From positions 928,001 through 992,000 of the forward strand of contig CAXXMU010000001.1 of assembly GCA_963667785.2 (NCBI GenBank): 64,000 bases of DNA. Reading direction: 5' to 3'. Within the stretch, counting starts at the first letter, position 1. The number at the start of each line of letters is the position of its first letter. The notes under the pieces were generated by a model. The model did not search any database. It saw only the letters and a program-made list of their open reading frames with translations, and was not told the DNA's origin. Both the position numbers and the translations under genes were made by a program. Shown here piece after piece: positions 18,777-28,604 of this stretch. Source of the DNA: Alphaproteobacteria bacterium. Lineage in GTDB: Bacteria > Pseudomonadota > Alphaproteobacteria > UBA828.

Positions 18777-21700
18777 ATGCTCGACGCCCCTCCGGCGCCG
18801 CTCGCGACTGCGCGTCCATCCCTTCCCGCCACCGCCATCGAGCCGTCCGCCGGACCCGAGCCGGCGCGCCCCGACGGAGGCGATGCCCTGTTCGCCGCGG
18901 CCGGCACCCTGCTGCCGGTCCTGGAGGCCGGCAAGCCCCTCGATGCCGCGACCCTCCGCGATGCCATGACCCGCCCGTTCGGGGCCAGCGATGCCGAGGG
19001 CGCCTGGGTGTGGAAGGACGCCTACGAGGCCGCCGAGGCGGCGGTGGTGATGTTCGTCCAACGCTACGGCCGCGCCATGCGGCGCAACGCCGGGGCCGGT
19101 CCGGACGGGCCGCGCCGGATGCTGGCGATGCTGGAGGCCGTCGCCGCGCTGGAGCCGTCGCACACGAAGCGCTCGGAAGAGCAGGTCCGCCTCCAGCAGT
19201 TCTCGACGCCGCTGCCGCTCGCCTATACCGTGCTCCAGGCCGCCGCCATCCGGCCGGGCGATGTCGTGCTGGAGCCGTCGGCAGGCACCGGGATGCTGGC
19301 CGTGATGGCGGCGTGCGCGCTCGCCGACCGCGCGGAGGGCGCGCTTCACCTGAACGAGATCGCGGCCGTACGCGCCCGCCTTCTCACCCGGCTCTTTCCG
19401 CACGCCGCCGTCACCGCCTTCAACGCGGAATCCATCGCCGACCGGCTGTACGACGTCCGCCCCACGGTGGTGTTGATGAACCCGCCGTTTTCGGCGACGC
19501 CCGGGATCGACCGCATCCGCCACGACGCCGATCTGCGCCACCTCCGCTCGGCCTTCTCGATGCTGCCGCCGGGCGGACGGCTGGTAACGATCACCTCTGC
19601 CCACTGCATTCCGGGCGATGCCGCCTGGACCGACGCCTTCGCCTCCCGCGGCGACGCCCGCGCGGTCTTCACCATGGCTATCGACGGGCGCGCCTACGCC
19701 CGGCGCGGCACCGGGTTCGACACCCGCCTCACCGTCCTCGACAGGAGCGATGCGCCCGCCGCTGCGCTGGACGGCCGGGCCAAGGCCGCCCACGCCGCCG
19801 CCCTGCTCGATGCGGTCATCGCGACGGTGCCGCCGCGCAGGGCGATCGCGCCCGCGCCGGTCCCGGCCGGCCCCGCGCGCGACCTCTTCGGCAAGCCCGT
19901 CGCGCCCAGGCCTCCGAAGCGACGGACCTCCGCAAGCCCGTCCACCGCCGGGACGCGGCAGGTCCACGACTGGAGCGACGTCTCCGAGCTCCAAGTCGAG
20001 ACCGACGCTCCGCATACCGGCACGGACACAACTGCCGCCTCGACCGCCGGCCCCTACGAGCCGTGGCGCCCGAGCGTGGTGCGCGTGCCCGGCGCCATCG
20101 AGCACCCCACCCCGCTGGTGCAGTCCGCCGCCATGGCCGCCGTGCCCCATCCGGCGCCGGCCTGGCGCCCGATGCTGCCCGCGCGCGTGGTGAGCGACGG
20201 CCTGCTCTCCGACGCCCAGCTCGAGAGCATCGCATTGGCGGGCGAAGCCCACGCCCGCCACCTCGCCGCCGACTACCGCATCGGCTCGGGCTGGGAGACG
20301 GTGCAGCGCTGCGGTACCGAAGAGGACGACGCGGTACGTACCGCCGTCCGGACGGACGAAGGCGAAGTGCTGTCCGCGCCGGTCCGGTTCCGCCGCGGAT
20401 GGATGCTCGGCGACGGCACCGGGGCGGGGAAGGGCCGGCAGGTCGCCGCCATCGTGCTCGACCACTGGCTGCGCGGCCGCAAGCGAGCGCTGTGGCTCTC
20501 ACAGTCCGACAAGCTGGTCGAGGACGCGCGCCGCGACTGGACCGCGCTCGGGGGCCGGGACGACGACGTGATCCCGCTCGGCAAGTTCCGCCAGGGCGCG
20601 GAGATCCCGCTCTCCGAGGGCATCCTGTTCGCGACCTACGCGACGCTGCGCTCGCCGGCCCGCCAGGGCAGGCTCTCGCGCCTCGACCAGATCGTGGAAT
20701 GGCTCGCGGGCTCGCTCGACGAGGACGACCGCCACGCCTTCGACGGGGTGGTGATCTTCGACGAGGCGCACGCGATGGCGAACGCGGCGGGCGCGAAGAG
20801 CAGCCGCGGCGAGACCAGGCCATCGCAGCAGGGCCGCGCCGGCCTGCGCCTCCAGCACGCGCTCCCGGACGCGCGCATCGCCTACGTCTCGGCGACCGGC
20901 GCCACCACCGTCCCCGGCCTCGCCTACGCCGGACGTCTGGGATTGTGGGCCGCCGGCGAGACGCCGTTCGTGACCCGCGTGGAGTTCGTTTCCGCGATGG
21001 AGGCGGGCGGCGTCGCGGCACTGGAGGTCGTCGCCCGCGACCTGAAGGCCCTCGGCCTCTACCAGGCCCGCGCGCTCTCCTATGACGGGGTCGAGGTCGA
21101 CATCCTCGAACACCCGCTGACCGAAGCCCAGCGGCGCATCTACGACACCTATGCCGGCGCCTTCAAGGTGATCCACCACAACATCCAGGAAGCGCTCAAG
21201 GCCACCGGCATCACCGACGGCGACAAGACCCTCAACAAGAACGCCAAGTCCGCCGCCATGAGCGCCTTCGAGGGCGCGAAGCAGAGGTTCTTCGGGCACC
21301 TGCTCACCAGCATGAAGTGCCCGAGCCTGATGCGCGCGATCGAGGCGGACCTCGATGCCGGCCGCTCCGCCGTCGTCCAGCTCGTCTCCACCGGCGAGGC
21401 GCTGATGGAGCGGCGCATCGCCGAGATCCCCGCGTCGGAATGGGACGACATCAACGTCGACCTCACGCCCCGCGAGACCGTCATCGAGTTCCTGGCCCAC
21501 GCCTTCCCGGTGCAGCTCCAGGAGCCCTTCACCGACGACAACGACAACGTCCTGTCGCGGCCGGTGTTCGACGGGGACGGGAATCCGGTGCTCTGCCAGG
21601 AGGCCATCGCACGTCGCGATGCCCTGATCGAGAAGCTGGCCTCGCTGCCGCCCGTGCCGTCCGCGCTGGACCAGATCGTGCAGCATTTCGGGCACGACGC

Positions 21701-23282
21701 CGTGGCGGAGGTGACAGGCCGGTCGCGCCGGGTGCTGAAGATCACCGATGCGCGCGGCGAGCGCCTCGCGCTCCGCAGCCGGCCCGCCTCGGCCAACCTC
21801 GCCGAAACCGCGTCCTTCATGGACGGCGAGAAGCGCATCCTCGTGTTCAGCATGGCGGGCGGCACCGGGCGCAGCTACCACGCGGACCTGTCCTGCGGGA
21901 ACACCGAGCGCCGCGTCCACTACCTGCTGGAGCCCGGCTGGCGGGCCGACCAGGCGATCCAGGGGCTGGGCCGCACCCACCGCACGCACCAGGCGTCCGC
22001 GCCGCTGTTCCGCCCCGTCGCCACCGACGTGAAGGGCGAGCGGCGGTTCATCGCCACCATCGCGCGGCGCCTCGACTCGCTCGGGGCGATCACGCGCGGC
22101 CAGCGCGACTCCCAGACCGCGATGGGAGGCGGCGACGCCACCCTCTTCCGGGCGAGCGACAACCTGGAGAGCCTCTACGCGAAGACGGCGCTTCGCCAGT
22201 TCTACATGGCGCTCCACCGGGGCGCCATCGACGGCTGGTCGCTCGCGGAATTCGAGGACGCCACCGGCCTCAAGCTCCTCTACGAGGGCAACCTCAAGGA
22301 AGACCTGCCGCCGATGTCGCAGTTCCTCAACCGCCTGCTGGCGCTCCCCATCACCGAGCAGAACCAGCTCTTCGCTGCGCTGGAGGCCCGCATCGAGGCC
22401 AACATCGAGCAGGCGATCGAGGCCGGCACCTTCGAGGTCGGCGTCGAGACGGTGCGCGCGGAATCGCTCGTCCTGGCCGGCCGGGAAACGCTCTACGAGC
22501 ATCCCCGCACCGGCGCCGTCACCGACCTGGTCGAGATCGTTCGCCGCGACCGGCTGGTCCCCACCACCGCCGACACCGCGCTCGCGCTGGGCGCGAACGA
22601 GCCCGGCCCCGACGGGAGGCCGAGACTGATCGTCAACGCGCGCTCGAAGCGCGCCGCCGTCCTGCTGCCGGCGCCGTCGCGCATGTTCGAGAGCGGCGGC
22701 GTGCAGGAGCGGGTGCGCCTCGTCCGTCCCGCCACGCGCGAGACCATGGCGCGCGCCGAGCTCGACGCCTCCAACTGGCGCCGGGCCGACGAGGCCTCCT
22801 GGCGCGCCCACTGGGAGCACGAGGTCACCGAGCTGCCGTCGCACCGGAATTCGCGCTTCTGGCTCGCGGCCGGGCTTCTCCTTCCCGTCTGGGACCGGCT
22901 GCCGAGCGAGAACATGCGCGTGCGCCGGCTCACCACCGACGAAGGCGAAGCCCTCATCGGCCGCGTGCTCGACACCGAGCAGGTGCGCGCCGTGCGCCAG
23001 AGCTTCGGCCTCGACAGCGAGTTCGCCATGACCGGCGAGGAGGCCTTCGAGGCGGTGATGGGCCGCGGCACCGCGCTCCCCCTCGCCAACGGCTGGCGCC
23101 TTGCGCGCCGCCGCATCATGGGCGCCGACCGCGTCGAGATCGAGGGACCCGCCGACGGCGACACCGACGCGCTCAAGCGCATGGGCTGCACGGTCGAGAT
23201 CGTCTCGTACCGCGCCCGCGCCTTCGCGCCCAATGCTGAGACCGTCGAACGCGTCCTCGAACGCTGGCCGCTCGCCGCGTGA
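18777..23282 (+). CDS. methyltransferase / strawberry-notch SF2 helicase-like fusion
   Basis: QQFSTP, LEPSAGTG, NPPF (amino-MTase motifs); GDGTGAGKG, FDEAHAM, SATGAT, GGTGRSYHA, IQGLGRTHR. Confidence 0.92.
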   Translation: MLDAPPAPLATARPSLPATAIEPSAGPEPARPDGGDALFAAAGTLLPVLEAGKPLDAATLRDAMTRPFGASDAEGAWVWKDAYEAAEAAVVMFVQRYGRAMRRNAGAGPDGPRRMLAMLEAVAALEPSHTKRSEEQVRLQQFSTPLPLAYTVLQAAAIRPGDVVLEPSAGTGMLAVMAACALADRAEGALHLNEIAAVRARLLTRLFPHAAVTAFNAESIADRLYDVRPTVVLMNPPFSATPGIDRIRHDADLRHLRSAFSMLPPGGRLVTITSAHCIPGDAAWTDAFASRGDARAVFTMAIDGRAYARRGTGFDTRLTVLDRSDAPAAALDGRAKAAHAAALLDAVIATVPPRRAIAPAPVPAGPARDLFGKPVAPRPPKRRTSASPSTAGTRQVHDWSDVSELQVETDAPHTGTDTTAASTAGPYEPWRPSVVRVPGAIEHPTPLVQSAAMAAVPHPAPAWRPMLPARVVSDGLLSDAQLESIALAGEAHARHLAADYRIGSGWETVQRCGTEEDDAVRTAVRTDEGEVLSAPVRFRRGWMLGDGTGAGKGRQVAAIVLDHWLRGRKRALWLSQSDKLVEDARRDWTALGGRDDDVIPLGKFRQGAEIPLSEGILFATYATLRSPARQGRLSRLDQIVEWLAGSLDEDDRHAFDGVVIFDEAHAMANAAGAKSSRGETRPSQQGRAGLRLQHALPDARIAYVSATGATTVPGLAYAGRLGLWAAGETPFVTRVEFVSAMEAGGVAALEVVARDLKALGLYQARALSYDGVEVDILEHPLTEAQRRIYDTYAGAFKVIHHNIQEALKATGITDGDKTLNKNAKSAAMSAFEGAKQRFFGHLLTSMKCPSLMRAIEADLDAGRSAVVQLVSTGEALMERRIAEIPASEWDDINVDLTPRETVIEFLAHAFPVQLQEPFTDDNDNVLSRPVFDGDGNPVLCQEAIARRDALIEKLASLPPVPSALDQIVQHFGHDAVAEVTGRSRRVLKITDARGERLALRSRPASANLAETASFMDGEKRILVFSMAGGTGRSYHADLSCGNTERRVHYLLEPGWRADQAIQGLGRTHRTHQASAPLFRPVATDVKGERRFIATIARRLDSLGAITRGQRDSQTAMGGGDATLFRASDNLESLYAKTALRQFYMALHRGAIDGWSLAEFEDATGLKLLYEGNLKEDLPPMSQFLNRLLALPITEQNQLFAALEARIEANIEQAIEAGTFEVGVETVRAESLVLAGRETLYEHPRTGAVTDLVEIVRRDRLVPTTADTALALGANEPGPDGRPRLIVNARSKRAAVLLPAPSRMFESGGVQERVRLVRPATRETMARAELDASNWRRADEASWRAHWEHEVTELPSHRNSRFWLAAGLLLPVWDRLPSENMRVRRLTTDEGEALIGRVLDTEQVRAVRQSFGLDSEFAMTGEEAFEAVMGRGTALPLANGWRLARRRIMGADRVEIEGPADGDTDALKRMGCTVEIVSYRARAFAPNAETVERVLERWPLAA

Positions 23283-23373
23283 CTCCCGGAGAATTCAGCC
23301 GTTCAATGCCCGGCCGGGATACATATTGCCGGCCGGGCGGCGGCCGCAGCCGCCGCAACCGAAGGAGACCGCT

Positions 23374-23643
23374 ATGACCGCGCAGACCCTCCCGGACGAG
23401 CCGAACTTCTGCTTCTGCCCCGCCTACGACGTCGAGACCGAGATGCAACAGATCAGAATCGTGATCGAGGGCCTCTCCGGCCACGTGCCGACCGCGCTCT
23501 TGTCCCTCCACCTCGACGATGCTCTCAGCATTTGCGACAAGTTGAACCGAAGGCTCGGGCTCGACCGCGAGGCATGGCAGGCCATGGTTGCCGCCTCCAT
23601 GCGCGCCGAGGACGACGATCCCGAGAGCGACCCCTGGCACTGA
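23374..23643 (+). CDS. hypothetical protein
   Basis: AAGGAG RBS, protein-like composition. Confidence 0.6.
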   Translation: MTAQTLPDEPNFCFCPAYDVETEMQQIRIVIEGLSGHVPTALLSLHLDDALSICDKLNRRLGLDREAWQAMVAASMRAEDDDPESDPWH

Positions 23644-23740
23644 CGCCCGGCCCCTGCTGCGCAGCCGGCCCGCCGCCGGTTGCCGCTTCGCCGGCTCGCG
23701 GGCGAGGGCTCGCCGCCCCGTCACCGGACCTCGATACGCC

Positions 23741-24136
23741 TCAGTCTTCTTTCTCCAGCTCCCGCTTCCGTCTCCGTTCGAGGCTCTTCAGCATTTCCTC
23801 GTCGTGTTGCGGCTCGTCCCACGGCCCCGCCTCCGCGGCCGCCCAGGTCAGCATCCCGAAGAAGTCGGGATCGCCCGCATGCAGCTGGCAGGTGTACATC
23901 ATGTTGACCACCTTGCGCGTCAGGTCGCGCATCTCCTCCTGCCCGATACGCGCCACCTCATTCCAGGGAATTCGCTCCCCGTTCGCGTCGACCACCACGA
24001 CGTCCGAGAAATCCCCGGTATGGCTGACCGGCGCCGGCCCGCCGTGGATATCCTCGATCACCGTGTTGCGGAAGCACATCACCGCCATGCCCTTCGCCAC
24101 GACCGCCGCCATGTGCTCTTCCAATTCGCTCGCCAT
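23741..24136 (-). CDS. hypothetical protein
   Basis: GGGAGG RBS; MAVMCFRNTVIEDIHGG...GDFSDVVVVDANGERIPWNEVARI. Confidence 0.7.
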   Translation of the reverse strand: MASELEEHMAAVVAKGMAVMCFRNTVIEDIHGGPAPVSHTGDFSDVVVVDANGERIPWNEVARIGQEEMRDLTRKVVNMMYTCQLHAGDPDFFGMLTWAAAEAGPWDEPQHDEEMLKSLERRRKRELEKED

Positions 24137-24712
24137 ACGCCTCCCTCTCTCTCATTCGCAATTCCGTCCCGCATCGCCGGAACGCCGCCCCGCGCATGCC
24201 CCAGCAATTTTCGCCATGACCGCCCGTCCGGCTGCGCAGCCGGCCCGCCGTCCGCCGTCGTTCACGCCGCCGGTCCGCCGCCGGCTCCCGATCCGCACGC
24301 GGATCCTCGCTGCCGCCGCATCGACCCACATTGCCACGGGGCCGCGCGGCCGGCCAACCGCCAAGATCGCCGCGCCGGGCGCAATCCCGGCCTCCTCCGC
24401 ATCCCCACCGCAGTCCGGGAGCCGGGGCCGCCGGACGCTATGCGATCCCCCACCGAAGTCAGCGCGGGACATTGATGCGAAGCCAGCGGCCCGCGAACCC
24501 GAGAGGGCAACTGCGCTTCCGGCCGGGGCCGGCCCCAACCGCGCGATCGGGTCTCTCTCGCCGGCACCGCTGTCCGCCCCGGACTCCGAACGGGGGGCGG
24601 TTGTTCGAGCTGGATCCGATGCGCCCGCCGCAGGGGAGTTCGAGGAGAGCCCTCCGGGAGCGAAGCCGCTGTAGGACAGGGAGCGGCGCAATCGCAACCG
24701 GGAGAGTGGATC

Positions 24713-25246
24713 ATGGCGACATTGCGATATGCGGGGATCGGGGCGCGGGCGACGCCGGCGGAAGTGCTGGCGGACATGGAAACGATGGCGGCATGGCTGG
24801 CGCGGACCGGCTGGCATCTGTCTAGCGGCGGGGCGGACGGAGCCGATGCTGCGCTCGCGGCGGGGGCGCCGGCCGGCCAGCGGACGGTGTGGCTGCCGTG
24901 GCGCGGGTACAACGGGCATCGCGGGCCGGACTGCCGGGTGCTGTCCGCGGCTGAGCTCTCGGCCTGTATCGAGATCGCCGCGCCCCTGCATCCGGCGTGG
25001 GAGCGGTGTTCGCCGGTCGTCCGCAAGCTGCATGCCCGGAACGCGGCGGTGCTCGGATTGACGCTGGACCGGCCGGTCGACGCGTGCGTGGCGTGGTCTC
25101 CGGACGGGCGCATCGAGGGCGGCACGGGCATGGCCATCCGCATCGCCGAGGCCCGTGGCATACCCGTGTTCAACCTGGGGACGATGACGCCGCGGGCCGT
25201 GTGCACGCGCCTGGCCGCGATCCGCCGCGCCGTATCGGGGTCCTAG
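24713..25246 (+). CDS. SLOG-superfamily (DprA/Smf-like) protein
   Basis: YAGIGARATP, LSSGGADGAD, GGTGMAIRIA...IPVFNL. Confidence 0.78.
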   Translation: MATLRYAGIGARATPAEVLADMETMAAWLARTGWHLSSGGADGADAALAAGAPAGQRTVWLPWRGYNGHRGPDCRVLSAAELSACIEIAAPLHPAWERCSPVVRKLHARNAAVLGLTLDRPVDACVAWSPDGRIEGGTGMAIRIAEARGIPVFNLGTMTPRAVCTRLAAIRRAVSGS

Positions 25247-25346
25247 AGCAGGAGAAGAGCGCCTGTCGGGCCAGTGTCCGGCAGGCCGGAGGGAGCGGTC
25301 CCCCGCGCCGATGCCGGGCAGGGCAACGGCACGAGGAGACCCGCCC

Positions 25347-25565
25347 ATGTTGAATCCCCACTTCCGCCTGAGCGTCCCGCGCGGCGGCGACCTGCTCACC
25401 GAGCTGGGCATCGACCCGTCGACCGTCAGCCAGCTCGCCGAGGACGACCGTGCGATCCGCTGTCCCGACCGGGGCGCGGTGTATCCCGAGCGCAGCTTCG
25501 CGAGCCTCTTCCCGGAACCGCCGCCGGACCGCGGTCTGCATGCGGCCGGACCCGACGAGCCCTAG
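25347..25565 (+). CDS. small hypothetical protein
   Basis: GAGGAG RBS; in the run of plus-strand genes. Confidence 0.5.
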   Translation: MLNPHFRLSVPRGGDLLTELGIDPSTVSQLAEDDRAIRCPDRGAVYPERSFASLFPEPPPDRGLHAAGPDEP

Positions 25566-25706
25566 GACCCGGCTCCGGCGCGCCGTCCGGCAGGCAGGAG
25601 GTGGAGGAGGGCTTGAAGAGATTGAACGGAAGGGGGCCGGGGAGGAAGACCCGGCCTCCGGCCGTTCGGAACCATCGTCATCAACCAGGAACCACAGGAG
25701 ACCGTC

Positions 25707-26156
25707 ATGGCCTTCGGAAAGAACTTCGCGGAACTGATCGGCCGGCTCGGCGCCGACGCCAGCATCAACCATCTCCCCAACGGCGGGCGGGTCGCGAACC
25801 TGAACGTCGCGACCGACGAGAGCTACATCGACCGCCAGACCGGCGAGCGGAAGGACCGCACCGAGTGGCACCGGGTCGTCACCTTCCAGGACGGGCTGGT
25901 CGGCATGCTCGAGAAGAACGCCAAGAAGGGCCGGCTCATCCACGTCCAGGGCAAGCTCCAGACCCGCAAGTGGCGCAAGCCGGGCGAGGATTTCGACCGC
26001 TTCTCGACCGAGATCATCGTCGTCCCCGGCCACAGGGTGCAGTTCTACGACAAGCCCAAGGGCAACGACGCCACGGCCGCGGACGCCCAGCCGCCGATGG
26101 ACGAGACCGCCGCGCCGGCGACCGGCGCCGCGGACATCGAGGATCCGCCCTTCTAG
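25707..26156 (+). CDS. ssb: single-stranded DNA-binding protein (leading-region copy)
   Basis: LIGRLGAD, NVATDESY, TEWHRVV, QGKLQTRKW, acidic tip IEDPPF. Confidence 0.95.
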   Translation: MAFGKNFAELIGRLGADASINHLPNGGRVANLNVATDESYIDRQTGERKDRTEWHRVVTFQDGLVGMLEKNAKKGRLIHVQGKLQTRKWRKPGEDFDRFSTEIIVVPGHRVQFYDKPKGNDATAADAQPPMDETAAPATGAADIEDPPF

Positions 26157-26185
26157 GCCGCCTCTCATCGCTTCCTCCCTCCCTC

Positions 26186-26219
26186 GGGGGCCGGCGCTCC
26201 GCGCCGGTCCCCATTTTTT
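26186..26219 (+). terminator. intrinsic terminator after ssb
   Basis: GGGGGCCGGCGC-TCC-GCGCCGGTCCCC stem followed by ATTTTTT. Confidence 0.75.
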
Positions 26220-26327
26220 CTGTAGCCGGGCCGGAGTCCTTCCTCCCCATCCCGGCGCCATCCGTCTCCGCCGCCGGAGGTAAAGCGGAGCTTTTACGGG
26301 GCGTTCGCATTTGCGAGGAGAGAGAGC

Positions 26328-26897
26328 ATGTCCCGCGACACCGAGAGCGTCTTCGCCCAGGGGGCGGTCATCGTCCCCGATTTCGTCACCCCGGCCGAGG
26401 AGGAGCGCATCCTGCTGCGCATCGCCCAGGCGCCCTGGATGACCGAGCTCCGCCGCCGCGTGCAGCACTACGGCTACCGCTACAGCTACACCGGCACGAG
26501 CCGCCCGGAACCCGCCGCGCCGTTCCCGCGCTGGGCCGCCGTCATGGCGGATCGGCTGCGGCCGCACTTCGACGGCGCGCTGCCGGTGCAGTGCATCGTC
26601 AACGAGTACCGCCCCGGCCAGGGGATCGGCATGCACGCCGACCATGCGGATTTCGGGCCCGTCGTCGCCTCGCTGTCGCTCGCCGCCGACTGGCCAATGC
26701 GCTTCCGCCCGCGCTCCGTCCGCCCCTACGCCCGCGACGGACTGCCGGGCGACGAGGTCGCGGTGCTCCCGCGCCGCTCGGTCCTCGTCCTCGCGGGCCG
26801 CGCACGCTCGGCGTGGATGCACGGCATCGACTGCGCCGACACCGCCGGGGAGACCGCGACGCGCCTCTCCGCCACCTTCCGCACCCTCGCGCGGTAG
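26328..26897 (+). CDS. AlkB-family 2OG-Fe(II) dioxygenase
   Basis: RRVQHYGYRY, NEYRPGQGIGMHAD (HxD), WMHGI, RLSATFR. Confidence 0.9.
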   Translation: MSRDTESVFAQGAVIVPDFVTPAEEERILLRIAQAPWMTELRRRVQHYGYRYSYTGTSRPEPAAPFPRWAAVMADRLRPHFDGALPVQCIVNEYRPGQGIGMHADHADFGPVVASLSLAADWPMRFRPRSVRPYARDGLPGDEVAVLPRRSVLVLAGRARSAWMHGIDCADTAGETATRLSATFRTLAR

Positions 26898-26953
26898 CGC
26901 TCGGGCGTCCGCCGCCGGCCCTTCTTCGATCTTCCCGCCACAGGAGCTGCGCC

Positions 26954-27409
26954 ATGATCCGTTTCGTCCAGGGCGACCTCTTCGCCTCCGGCTGCGAGGC
27001 CCTCGTCAATCCCGTCAACTGCATCGGCGTCATGGGCAAGGGCCTCGCCCTCCAGTTCCGCCGCCGCTTCCCGGCCAACTATGAGGCCTACCGCAACGCC
27101 TGCGCGCGCCGCGAGCTCCGCCCCGGGCGCTGCTTCGTCTTCGACGCCGGCGCCGGGAGCCCGCGCTTCGTCGTCAACTTCCCGACCAAGCGCCACTGGC
27201 GCGACCGCAGCCGCATCGCGGATATCGCCGCCGGCCTCGACGACCTCGCCGGCATCCTCGATCGCCACGCCATCCCCTCCGTCGCGGTCCCGCCGCTCGG
27301 CTGCGGCCTGGGCGGTTTGCCCTGGCCTGCCGTGCGCTCCCTGTTGCTCGACCGCCTTGCGCCCTGCGAGGCCGTCTCGATCGTCATCCACGAGCCTTGC
27401 CGCCGGTAG
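26954..27409 (+). CDS. stand-alone DarG-like macrodomain (ADP-ribosylhydrolase)
   Basis: GDLF, ALVNPVNCIGVMGKGLALQF, NFPTKRHWR, PPLGCGLGGLPW; AGGAG RBS. Confidence 0.9.
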   Translation: MIRFVQGDLFASGCEALVNPVNCIGVMGKGLALQFRRRFPANYEAYRNACARRELRPGRCFVFDAGAGSPRFVVNFPTKRHWRDRSRIADIAAGLDDLAGILDRHAIPSVAVPPLGCGLGGLPWPAVRSLLLDRLAPCEAVSIVIHEPCRR

Positions 27410-27577
27410 CGCCGGGCGGCTTCCCGCCGTCCCGGCCTCGCGCCCGCGCTCCGCTCGGGGCGCTCGGTTGTCGGCTCCGCCAGGAGGCGGAGGCCGGCCG
27501 GTATCGGGGCGTCCCGTCGGACCCCGGAGGAATCCCGCCATGCCGAGACCGTTCCACCCTTCCGCAGGAGACGCACC

Positions 27578-28576
27578 GTGAACGCGGCCGCTATCGCCGC
27601 CGCCCTCAGCGAACGCGCCGAGGCCGTCTGCCGGCAGTACCTGCCGCACGGCCGGCGCCAGGGCCGCTACTGGGTCGCGGGCGACCTCGACGGCGCCCGC
27701 GGCCGCTCGCTCTACGTCCGCCTCTCCGGCCCCGGCACGCCGGGGAAATGGACCGATGCCGCCGAGGGGACGCATGGCGACCTCCTCGACATCATCCGCC
27801 ATCGCACCCGCGCGCGGACGCTGCGCGCCGCGCTCGACGAGGCGCGCGCGTTCCTCGCCTTGCCCGCTGCGCGGGCGACGGCATCGGACGCACCCTACGA
27901 CGCCACCGAAGCGGCACGCCGCCTGTGGCGGCGCTGCCGCGCCATCGACGGCACCCATGCGGAAGCCTATCTGCGCGCACGGGGTCTCGCGCGCTGCCGC
28001 TTCGCGGCGCTGCGTTTCCACCCCGAGCTTCGCTACCGCGAAGGCTCGACCGTCATCCGCCTGCCGGCGCTGGTCGCCGCCGTGACCGGCAGCGACGGCG
28101 CCATCACCGGCGTGCAGCGCACCTGGCTCGATCCCCGCTCGCCCGCCAAGGCGGGCATCGCGAGCCCTCGCAAGGCGCTCGGCCGCGTCTACGGGCACGC
28201 CGTCAGGTTCGGACGCCCCGCCGACGGAGCTTCGCTCCTCGTCGGCGAGGGCATCGAGACGGTGCTCTCGCTCGTCACCGCCGTACCCGCGATCGACGCC
28301 GCCGCGGCGCTCTCCGCCGGCAGCCTCGGCGCCTTCGCGCCTCCGCCCGGCGTCGCGCGCCTCGTGATCGCGCGCGACAACGACGTCGAGGGCGAGCGGG
28401 CGGCCGAACGCCTCGCCCGGCGCTGCGCGCGGGCTCGCCTTGCCGCACTCGTCATCGTGCCCAAGGGCGAGGACTTCAACGACGACCTCGTTGCACTTGG
28501 CCGCGACGCGCTCGCCGCGCGCCTCGCGCCGCTCTTCGGCGCCGGCACGCGCGAGAGTGAGAGAGCTTCCGCATGA
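27578..28576 (+). CDS. Toprim-domain (primase-like) protein
   Basis: GKWTDAA...GDLLD, AEAYLRARG, GVQRTWL, VGEGIETVLS, IARDND, DFNDDL. Confidence 0.88.
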   Translation: MNAAAIAAALSERAEAVCRQYLPHGRRQGRYWVAGDLDGARGRSLYVRLSGPGTPGKWTDAAEGTHGDLLDIIRHRTRARTLRAALDEARAFLALPAARATASDAPYDATEAARRLWRRCRAIDGTHAEAYLRARGLARCRFAALRFHPELRYREGSTVIRLPALVAAVTGSDGAITGVQRTWLDPRSPAKAGIASPRKALGRVYGHAVRFGRPADGASLLVGEGIETVLSLVTAVPAIDAAAALSAGSLGAFAPPPGVARLVIARDNDVEGERAAERLARRCARARLAALVIVPKGEDFNDDLVALGRDALAARLAPLFGAGTRESERASA

Positions 28577-28604
28577 GGGCAGGATCAGCCCGGGGAGAGA
28601 GAGC

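Noticed and set aside
24137-24712. tRNA or other structured RNA in this intergenic gap
   Set aside because: GTTCGA strings occur but no cloverleaf can be built
26328-27409. Complete DarTG toxin-antitoxin locus
   Set aside because: The upstream gene is AlkB, not a DarT; the macrodomain lacks the DarG C-terminal domain
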